Assembly (NCBI RefSeq): GCF_036321535.1
Contig: NC_087472.1
Location: 94,986,001 to 95,050,000 of the forward strand
Direction: 5' to 3'
Length of the DNA stretch: 64,000 nucleotides
From: Camelus dromedarius
Taxonomy: Eukaryota
The position numbers and the translations under genes are program-made. Below the pieces are notes generated by a model that saw nothing but the letters and a program-made list of their open reading frames with translations, had not been told where the DNA came from and did not search any database. Of this stretch, positions 54,621-64,000 are shown piece after piece. Position 1 is the first letter of the stretch. Each line of letters opens with the position of its first letter.

Positions 54621-55254
54621 GTATTACTGCAGTAATTTTGAAGATTGAAGAGATTGAAATTGAAATGTTTTTCCTTTTCTGCATAGTTTAGTAGTGCATA
54701 TTAAATTCAAATTGGAAAGGCATATAAAATAATTTCATTTTTTAAACCTTTTTTTTTTGCTTTTGGCTTGGCCATTGAACAACTTAATTACCGTAGTACA
54801 ATTATAATTAGTTATACTAAAATTGTTGACCTTAGGTGGCATCAGTATTTAGATTTCTATATGAATCCAAATGGCCAAAAAGAAACATATATATACTACG
54901 GAATACAAATAAGGATTATTTGTTTGAAGAAATTTTTCATTTAATCTTATTATGTGTATAAATCCCACCAAAACTGGTAGATTGTAAAGCTAAGAATAAT
55001 TGAAATTTTCTTTTCCCATGTACATTCTCCAGATTTCTGGGATAGTTTTCTTTTTTTTTTCAAAATCAACTTTATTGAAGTACAATTTACATGCCAAAAG
55101 AACCTCACCAATTTTAAGTGTACAATTTAATGTATGTAACCACCACCAAGATAATGATTTAAAAAATTTCCAGGGTAAGAAAACTTGAACTGTAATTGGT
55201 AAATTGCTGGAGGCTCAATGTGGAAAACTCTGAGACTTAAACACTCCAGAGGGA

Positions 55255-56147
55255 TCCAGTATGCAAGGCTGGATCAACATTTGAAAATCAATTAATGGAA
55301 TCCATCACATCAACAAGCTAAAATAGAAAAGTCCCATGATCATATCAATAGATGCAGGAAAAGCATTTGACAAAATCCAACAACTATTCATGATAAAAAC
55401 TCAGTAAACTAGGAGGAAAGAAAGGAGAATTTCCTCAATCTGGTAAAGAATTTCTACAAAAACCCTACAGCTAACATAGTTAATGGTGAGAAACTTGAAG
55501 CTTTCCTGCAAAGATCAGGTACAAAGCAAGGATATTCCCTTTCACCACTCCCTCTCAACATTGTATTGGAAGCTCTAGCTAAAGCAGTAAGACAATAAAA
55601 GGAAATAACAGGTATATAGATTGGGATGGAAGAAATAAAACTGTCTTTGTTCACAGATGATGCCATCATCTATGTAGAAAATCTGAAAGAGTCAACAACA
55701 AAAAATTCCTGGAACTAACAAGTGATTATAGTAAGGTTATAGGAAACAAGGTCAAAATGCAAAAGTCAATCACTTTGCTATGTACTAGCAATGAACAAGT
55801 AAATATGAAATTAAAACACAATACCATTTACACTAGCACACCCCCAAATGAAATACTTAGGTATAAGTCTAACAAAATATATGTAAGATCTACATAAGGA
55901 AAAGCTACAAAACTCTGATGAACAAAATTTTTTTAAAAAACTAAATAAATGGATAGACATTCCAAATTCAGGGATAGGAAGATGCAATATTGTCAAAATT
56001 TCAGTTCTTCCTAATTTAATCTATAGATTCAGTTCAGTCTCAGTCTCAGTCAAAAGCCCAGCACATTATTCTGTGGATACTGACAAACTGATTGCACAGT
56101 TTACGAATAGCCAAGGTGACGTTGAAGGAGAAAAATGAAGTTGGAGG
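55255..56147 (+). mobile_element. Old L1 ORF2 (RT) fragment with multiple stops
   Basis: 'aaagcatttgacaaaatccaa', degraded FADD region 'ttcacagatga'; ends at 'aagttggagg'. Confidence 0.9.
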
Positions 56148-56284
56148 TGGAATTTACTCTTCTTCAGGACAACCTCAATTTTGCTTTTAGAGCGTTTTAT
56201 TGATTGGATGTGGCCCACCCAGATTATCAAAAATAATCTCCTTTACATAAAGTCAACTTATCCTAAATGTTAGTCATACCTACA
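56142..56284 (-). mobile_element. MLT2 LTR, left part (split by the young L1)
   Basis: 'tgattggatgtggcccacccagattatc..ataatctcctttacataaagtcaact' is MLT2-like; continues at 63521. Confidence 0.85.
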
Positions 56285-57952
56285 GAGACGGAGAAGATGG
56301 CGGAGTAGAAGGACGCTCGCAGGTCACCCTCTCCCACAAATACACCAAGACCCACATCTACAGACCCACTCAGCCAACCAGAGCACCTGCAGAACTCTGA
56401 CAGAACATCGCCCTCTTCAAAAGATAAAGACGCCAAAAATCTGGTAGGAGAAAAGGAAAAAAGAAAGAACAAAAGGCAAAGCAGAGCGGGACGGGTCCCG
56501 TGGGGAGGGAGCGGCAAAGGAGGACTGGCGCTCGCTCGCTGGGTCTCCCCTCTCTGACTGAGAGGCCAGCGGGACGGAGGGGGAGCCTCCGAGGCTCGGA
56601 TCTGTACAGAGCAGCCCTTGACTAACAGAACTAAGTTAAACGGGCACAGAGCATCCCCCCGACACCCAGCGGGCCGGCAGCGGCGAGCAGGGCCAGGCTG
56701 CACAAGCCGGGCGGAGGACGGAAGTGGCTGCACGGAGGCAGCCCCAGGGGAACGCAAGGGGCTGCGCGCCGTGGCTGTGGGTGCACAGGGCAGAACAACC
56801 TGGGCCCTCCATAAAACAGCAAGGTTGATGTGCTCTCGGGGGAAGGGTGCACACCCCCATCTCTGAAAACCCGCGGAAAGTTTTCGGGGGAAGAGAGGCG
56901 GGGCTCAGGCACAGCCGCCATATCCACCGCGCTGAGCACCCAGGCGGGAGTGGGGGCGAAACCTGCATCTGCACCGAAGGGCTTAGCAGCCTCAAAGGCC
57001 AGACTGAGACTGGCCTGCAGCCCGGGGCAGATAGGATCCTTCCATCCTGGTCCCTCAGAGAACTTGCTCCACAAAGACAAACAGGGAGCTGGGTTTTGGC
57101 TCAGAGCAGGGACAGGGCTGTCCCTCGGTCTTCCCGGAGCCCACCTGCGGAGCGCCGACCAGGGCGGAGAGCGCAGCCGCACAGAGAGCGGAGCTACCGT
57201 CGGCGCAGGTAGAGGGAGAGTGCCCCCCCGCCGCCTTTCGGGCAGGAACACAGCCCCTGACCGAGGTGCTGGGAGGGGGCACGACCTGCCCTCCTACCTG
57301 GCCAGTCTGCAACATCTGACTGTGGCATCCGGAGGGGCAGCGACCCGCCCGCCCACAGCAGAGAGCTGCACCTGACCCAGAGTTAGGAGGAGGCGCGATC
57401 TGCTTGCCGACAGGTGCTGGGAGCAGCACAAAAGAGGGCGCTAACGGAGGGCCTCTGAAAACAGCAAGCTGAGCTTCCAAAACAGGACGAAGACAGAAAG
57501 ACTTCACATTAAAAACACACAGACTCCAGGAGAACACCGACAAACCCCCCCCCCTTTTTTTTTTAAATCTGTTTTTACCTGTTCTATTTTCTATTACTCT
57601 CTTAATTTTTACTTCTTAATTCATTTCTATTTCTCTTGGGTTTTGATGTCCTGCTATTGATTAGACACAGGTTTCAAATACATCTATTCATCTCCCCCCC
57701 CCCTTTTTTTGTAAAGGTTTTAAAAGGACGTCTCAACCCGATTAATACTCTGCTTCAACTCACTCTTCTATTATTCATTATACACTGTTTTCAAACCCTC
57801 TTTCTCCCTTCTTTTAAAATTCTTGCTCTCTCTCTCTTATTTTTTTTTTCTTTTTTTCCTAAGTTCTATTCCTAAATAGGCATTAGATAGATAAAATCCT
57901 TAAGGACCAAAATAAACAACTGATACTCCATAAACCACAGTGCCAAAGAGGT
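56285..57952 (+). promoter_or_regulatory. L1 5' UTR / internal Pol II promoter; CpG-rich over about 56285-57500; YY1 site at 56294-56303
   Basis: AAGATGGCGG at +10 to +19, where L1 YY1 sites position the start site; many undecayed CpGs compared with the flanks. Confidence 0.85.
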
Positions 57953-58855
57953 ATGAGCAAGATGAAGAAGCAGAAAAACCTTTCCCAATTAAAAGAACAA
58001 GAGAAATCCCCTGAAAGAAAGATCAACGAAATAGACATCGATAGCCTACTAGATCAAGATTTCAAAAAAGGAGTGATCGAATTGCTGAAGGAATTAAAAG
58101 AGATAGTGTTTAGAGATATAAAATATGTCAAAAATGAAATTGAAGCTATAAAGAAGAGCCAAGTAGAATGGGTAAACTCATTGACAGAGATGAGGAATGA
58201 TCTAATAGCTGTGCAAAGCCGACTAGATAATGCAGAGGAACGAATTAGTGATCTAGAAGACAGGGCAATAGAAAGCACCCATTCAGAAGAACTACAAGAT
58301 AAGCAAATAAAAAATAATGAAAATAGTATAAGGGACCTATGGGATAATATAAAGCATCCCAATCTTCACAAAATAGGGGTCCCAGAAGGAGAAGAAAGAT
58401 CAAAGGGGATTGAAAAGGTTTTTAAAGAAATCATGACTGAAAACTTCCCAAACTTAAAGAAGGAATCAGATATCCAAGTACAGGAAGCTCAGAGGGTCCC
58501 AAACAGGAAGAACCCAAATAGACCCACACCAAGACATATCATAATCAAGATGGCCAGAGTCAAGGATAAAGAAATGATTCTAAAGGCAGCAAGAGAAAAG
58601 CAAAGAGTAAGTTACAAGGGAACCCCCATAAGGCTCTCAGCTGATTTCTCTACACAAACACTACAGGCCAGAAGGGAGTGGCAAGATATATTCAAAGCCC
58701 TGAATGAAAAAAAGATGCAGCCTAGGATCCTTTATCCAGCAAGGCTATCCTTGAGGATAGAAGGAGAAATAAAGAGTTTCACAGACAAAAAAAAGCTGCA
58801 GGAGTTTAGCAACACTAAACCCATGCTAAAAGAAATATTGAAAGGGCTATTCTAA
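57953..58855 (+). CDS. LINE-1 ORF1p (coiled coil, RRM, CTD), 300 aa, open
   Basis: Heptad coiled coil, NL.IGVPE, TPRHIIIK, AREKQ, ARR and YPARLS motifs. Confidence 0.97.
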   Translation: MSKMKKQKNLSQLKEQEKSPERKINEIDIDSLLDQDFKKGVIELLKELKEIVFRDIKYVKNEIEAIKKSQVEWVNSLTEMRNDLIAVQSRLDNAEERISDLEDRAIESTHSEELQDKQIKNNENSIRDLWDNIKHPNLHKIGVPEGEERSKGIEKVFKEIMTENFPNLKKESDIQVQEAQRVPNRKNPNRPTPRHIIIKMARVKDKEMILKAAREKQRVSYKGTPIRLSADFSTQTLQARREWQDIFKALNEKKMQPRILYPARLSLRIEGEIKSFTDKKKLQEFSNTKPMLKEILKGLF

Positions 58856-59259
58856 ATAGAAAAGCAGCAGGATGCTACAGAAATGAGAAACACACAACTG
58901 GAAAGGTGATAACTCATGAATTACAAATAAAGTAAACATGAAATTATAAAAGAAGACATACAAATCACTGAGAGTGGGAGAGGGAGGCAGGGAAATATAG
59001 AATATTTTTTTCTTTCTTTTTTAAATTTTTTTAACAGTAGGATGGGTTTGAGATCATGTTACTATCAGTTTAATAAAAACAGTTATAGTAATGGGTTGAT
59101 AGATTTACAAAAAAGGGTAACCACAAGCCAAAAATTTACAAAGGAGTCACAAAAATTAAATAAAATCCATGATAATACAAAGGAAAATTACCAAACCACA
59201 AAAGGAAGAAGAAAGGAACAAAGAGGATATACCAATTCAACTGCAAAGATAAGTTCAAA

Positions 59260-62200
59260 ATGACAATAAACACACATCTATCATTAATTACGGTAAATGT
59301 TAATGGACTAAATGCTCCAGTCAAAAGACACAGCGTGGCAGACTGGATAATAAAGCAAGAACCTTCAATATGCTGCATACAAGAGACCCACTTTAGGGAG
59401 AAGGACACATATAGATTGAGAGTGAAAGGATGGAAAAGGATATTCCATGCAAATGGAAAAGCCAAAAAAGCAGGTGTTGCAGTACTGATTTCAGACAAAA
59501 TAGACTTTAAAACAAAGGCCATAAAGAAAGATAAAGAAGGACATTTTATAATGATTAAAGGAGTGATACAAGATGAGGATATTACACTCGTTAATATATA
59601 TGCACCCAATATAGGAGCACCTAAGTACATACAAGAATTACTAACAGAGATAAAGGGGGATATTGATGGGAATACAATCATAGTTGGAGATTTTAACACT
59701 GCATTAACATCACTAGACAGATCTTCCAGACAGAAAATAAACAAGGCAACAGAGAAATTAAATACTACAATAGAAAAACTAGATTTGGTGGATATTTTCA
59801 GAACATTACACCCCCCAAAAATAGGATATACATTCTTTTCAAGTGCACATGGAACATTTTCCAGGATCGATCATGTACTTGGGCACAAAAGAAACCTCAA
59901 CAATTTTAAGAAGATAGAAATTATCTCAAGCATCTTTACTGACCACAATGCCATGAAACTGGAAATCAACAACAGAGAAACAAAGGAGAAAAAAAGGAAA
60001 GCATGGAGATTAAACAATATGTTATTGAAAAAACAATGGATCAATCAGGAAATCAAAGCTGAAATTAAAAAATACCTTGAGACAAATGATAATGAAAGAA
60101 CAACCACTCAAAACCTATGGGACACAGCAAAGGCAGTGCTAAGAGGGAAGTTTATAGCGATACAGGCCTTCCTCAGAAAAGAAGAACAATCTCAAATAAA
60201 CAATTTAACCCACCACCTGAATGAATTAGAAAAAGAAGAACAAAAAGCCCCAAAAAGCAGCAGAAGGAAGGAAATAATAAAGATCAGAGAGGAATTAAAT
60301 ACAATAGAGATTAACAAGACCAACTGAAAAAATCAACCAAACCAAAAGCTGGTTTTTTGAAAAAGTAAATAAAATCGACAAACCTCTGGCCAAACTCACA
60401 AAGAAGAAAAAAGAGAGAGCACAAATTAGCAAAATAAGAAAGGAAAATGGAGAAATTACAACAAACAAAATAGAAATACAGAATATCATACGAGAATATT
60501 ATGAAAAACTATATGGAACCAAACTGGATAACCTAGAGGAGATGGACAAGTTTCTGGAAACATACTGTCCACCAAAACTGAATCAAGAAGGATCTGAACA
60601 CTTGAACAATCCGATCACTAGAAAGGAAATAGAAATAGCAATTAAAAACCTCCCTACAAATAAAAGTCCAGGACCGGACGGCTTCACCGGGGAATTCTAC
60701 CAAACATACAAAGAAGAACTCATACCAGTCCTTCTCAAACTCTTCCAGACGATTGAAGAGGAGGGAATACTCCCAAACTCATTCTATGAAGCCACCATCA
60801 CCCTGATACCAAAACCAGGCAAAGACACTACAAAAAAAGAGAATTATAGGCCAATATCACTGATGAACATAGACGCCAAAATCCTCACCAAAATTTTAGC
60901 AAATAGAATCCAACAACACATAAAAAAGATTATACATCATGACCAAGTGGGGTTCATCCCAGGGACACAAGGCTGGTTCAACATACGCAAATCAATCAGT
61001 GTAATACATCACATCAACAAGAGAAAGGACAAAAACCACATGATCATCTCAATCGATGCAGAAAAAGCATTTGATAAAATTCAGCACCCATTTATGATAA
61101 AAACTCTCGCCAAAGTGGGTATAGAGGGAACATATCTCAACATAATAAAAGCTATATATGACAAACCTACAGCCAGCATAGTACTCAACGGTGAAAAACT
61201 CAAAAGCTTCCCACTAAAATCTGGGACAAGACAAGGATGCCCACTATCACCACTCCTATTCAACATAGTCCTGGAAGTCCTAGCCACAGCAGTCAGGCAA
61301 GAGAAAGAAATAAAAGGGATCCAAATTGGAAAAGAAGAGGTAAAAGTGTCATTATATGCTGATGACATGCTACTATATATAGAAAACCCTAAAAGGTCCA
61401 CACAAAAGCTACTAGAGCTGATTGAAGAATTCAGCAAGGTAGCAGGTTACAAAATTAACGTTCAAAAATCAGTTGCATTTCTTTACACTAACGATAAATC
61501 AACAGAAGAAGAAAGTAAAGAAACAATCCCCTTTAAAATAGCACCCAAAGTAATAAAATATCTGGGAATAAATCTAACCAAGGAGGTGAAAGAATTATAC
61601 ACAGAAATCTATAAACCATTGATGAAGGAAATTAAAGAAGACTTTAAAAAATGGAAAGATATTCCATGCTCTTGGATTGGAAGAATCAATATTGTTAAAA
61701 TGGTCACACTGCCCAAGGCAATCTACAGATTTAATGCAATCCCTATCCAATTACCCAGGACATATTTCACAGAACTAGAAAAAATCATAATAAAATTCAT
61801 ATGGAACCATCAAAGACCTAGAATTGCCAAAGCATTACTGAAGAGAAAGAAAGAGGCTGGAGGAATAACTCTCCCAGACTTCAGACAATACTATAGAGCT
61901 ACAGTCAGCAAGACAGCATGGTATTGGTACCAAAACAGACATATAGACCAATGGAACAGAATAGAGAGCCCAGAAATGAACCCACAAACTTTTGGTCAAC
62001 TCATCTTTGACAAAGGAGGCAAGAATATACATTGGAATAAAGACAGTCTCTTCAGCAAATGGTGTTGGGAAAACTGGACAGCAGCATGTAAAACAATGAA
62101 GCTAGAACACTCCCTTACACCATATACAAAAATCAACTCAAAATGGATTAAAGACTTAAACATAAGACAAGATACAATAAACCTCCTAGAGGAAAACATA

Positions 62201-63058
62201 GACAAAACATTATCTGACATACATCTCAAAAATTTTCTCCTAGAAGAAATAAAAGCAAGAATAAACAAATGGGACCTAATGAAACTTACAAGCTTCTGCA
62301 CAGCAAAGGAAACCAGAAGTAAAACAAGAAGACAACCTACGGAATGGGAGAAAATTTTTGCAAATGAAACCGACAAAGGCTTGATCTCCGGAATATATAA
62401 GCAGCTCATACGACTCAATAAGAAAAAAATAAACAACCCAATCCAAAAATGGGCAGAAGACCTAAACAAGCAATTCTCCAAGGAAGACATACAAATGATC
62501 AAAAGGCACATGAAAAAATGCTCAATATCACTAATTATCAGAGAAATGCAAATCAAAACTACAATGAGGTATCACCTCACACCAGTCAGAATGGCCGTCA
62601 TTCAAAAATCCACAAATGACAAATGCTGGAGAGGCTGTGGAGAAAGGGGAACCCTCCTACACTGCTGGTGGGAATGCAGTTTGGTGCAGCCACTATGGAA
62701 AACAGTGTGGAGATTCCTCAAAAGACTAGGAATAGACTTACCATTTGACCCAGGAATCCCACTCCTGGGCTTGTATCCAGAAGGAAATCTACTTCAGGAT
62801 GACACCTGCACCCCAATGTTCATAGCAGCACTATTTACAATAGCCAAAACATGGAAACAGCCTAAATGTCCATCAACAGGTGACTGGATAAAGAAGAGGT
62901 GGTATATTTATACAATGGAATACTACTCAGCCATAAAAACCGACAACATAATGCCATTTGCAGCAACATGGATGCTCCTGGAGAATGTCATTCTAAGTGA
63001 AGTAAGCCAGAAAGAGAAAGAAAAATACCATATGAGATCGCTCATATGTGGAATCTAA
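59260..63058 (+). pseudogene. LINE-1 ORF2p (endonuclease, RT, C-domain) with one +1 frameshift near 60322
   Basis: EN motifs NVNG, QETH, YAP, GDFN, RIDH, DHN; PIP-like [32 protein letters not shown]. First frame stops at 60325-60327; the +1 frame is open from 60323 to 63058. Confidence 0.96.
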
Positions 63059-63149
63059 ATAACAAAAACAAAAACAAACAAACAAAAACAAAGCGTAAAT
63101 ACAGGACAGAAATAGACTCACAGACAGAGAATACAGACCTGTGGTTACC

Positions 63150-63171
63150 GGGGGGTGGAGGGTGGGAAGGG
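63150..63171 (+). other. G-quadruplex-forming tract in the L1 3' UTR
   Basis: GGGGGG-tgga-GGG-t-GGG-aa-GGG; G-rich tracts are a known feature of L1 3' UTRs. Confidence 0.7.
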
Positions 63172-63375
63172 ATAGCCTGGGATTTCAAAATTGTAGAATA
63201 GATAAACAAGATTACACTGTATAGCACAGGGAAATATACACAAAATGTTATGATAACTCACAGAGAAAAAAATGTGACAATGAGTGTGTATATGTCCATG
63301 AATGACTGAAAAATTGTGCTGAACACTGGAATTTGACAGAACATTGTAAAATGATTATAAATCAATAAAAAATGT

Positions 63376-63509
63376 GAAAGATGTATTTTGTTTAACTCAG
63401 TTTATCAAAAATACATGGAAACAATATGAAAATTATCAATGAGATATTTCACATTTTGGAGGCTACAAAGTCTTCAAAAGTCTTGTGTGTATTTTCATTT
63501 ATACCACAT
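63376..63509 (+). mobile_element. MER33-like (hAT-Charlie) internal fragment carried as an L1 3' transduction
   Basis: 'tattttgtttaactcag..aaaattatcaatgagatatttcacatt..aagtcttcaaaa..gtgtgtattttcatttataccacat' resembles the MER33 interior; lies inside the TSD, before the poly(A). Confidence 0.75.
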
Positions 63510-63520
63510 AAAAAAAAAAA

Positions 63521-63623
63521 TCATACCTACAAAATACCTTCACAGTGCCACCTAGATAAGTGTTTAATTAAATAACTGGGTTCTATAGCCTAGTCAAATT
63601 GACACATGAAACTAACCATCACA
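63521..63623 (-). mobile_element. MLT2 LTR, right part
   Basis: 'aaataccttcacag..tagcctagtcaaattgacacatgaaactaaccatcaca' is the reverse complement of the MLT2 start TGTGATGGTT. Confidence 0.9.
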
Positions 63624-64000
63624 ATCAGATATGTATTTTCCAAGTATTTTCTCCCAGTCTGTAGCTTATCTTTATATTTCTCATAGGTTCTTTCAAAGGG
63701 AAGAATTTTTAATTAAAAATTTAATTAAAAATTAAAAATTTTAATTGTATTTTTAATCGTAATTTAATTGTGTAATTTAAAAGTCTAACTAATTTTTCTT
63801 TCATGGATTGTATGTACTTTTTGTGATGTAGTCAAGAAATCTTTGCCTCATTCAAAGTCAGTTATTTTCTCTTATGCTTGTTTCTAAGAGCCTTTTAATT
63901 TTTAGTTTTACATTTGTACCTACCATTGATTTTAAGTTAGTTTTTGTGTTTAATATGATGTAAAGTTCAAACAATTTTTTGTTTTTGCATATGGATGCCC
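63624..64000 (-). mobile_element. Old L1 ORF2 fragment
   Basis: 'atcagatatgtattttccaagtattttctcccagtctgtag', 'aagaaatctttgcct', 'tttgcatatggatg'. Confidence 0.8.

Larger units (their letters stand above)
56285..63520 (+). mobile_element. Full-length young LINE-1 with a 3' transduction
   Basis: CpG-rich 5' UTR, ORF1, ORF2, 3' UTR with AATAAA (63364-63369), A11 tail (63510-63520), TSD tcatacctaca at 56274-56284 and 63521-63531. Confidence 0.98.

Noticed and set aside
1..56000. The remaining 60-100 aa ORFs in the track
   Set aside because: No recognisable domains; many use non-ATG starts or lie in repeats; number and length fit chance.
56263..57543. Antisense and sense ORFs of 82-206 aa in the L1 5' UTR (ORF0-like?)
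   Set aside because: The three longest antisense ORFs start at TTG/GTG, not ATG. They overlap in several frames, as expected in GC-rich, stop-poor DNA, and show no recognisable motif.
58054..62556. Antisense ORFs over ORF1/ORF2 (65-202 aa)
   Set aside because: Typical shadow ORFs on the L1 antisense strand.

Overview
This is mammalian, AT-rich, non-coding (intergenic or deep intronic) DNA, most likely camelid: it holds two tRNA-Ala-type SINEs that match, from memory, the camelid vic-1 family. I recognise no host protein-coding exon and no new gene system. Most of the window is old eutherian repeats (L1M, L2, MIR, MLT1/MLT2, ERV1/ERVL solo LTRs, MER2, Charlie, Tigger). The dominant feature is a young, full-length LINE-1 on the + strand (56285-63520) inserted into an MLT2 LTR, with an 11-bp target-site duplication (TSD). 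It has an intact ORF1 and an ORF2 broken by a single +1 frameshift. Its notable extras are a ~135-bp 3' transduction of MER33-like DNA, and a 404-bp inter-ORF spacer with a splice-acceptor-like tract and a 73-codon ORF whose stop overlaps the ORF2 ATG (ATGA). Other observations: a poly(A)-only insertion with a 15-bp TSD, a 107-bp tandem duplication with a templated junction insert next to a hairpin, a CAGATG E-box cluster and a CTCF motif. Repeat family names come from recall of consensus sequences, not from a search, and boundaries of old repeats are approximate.
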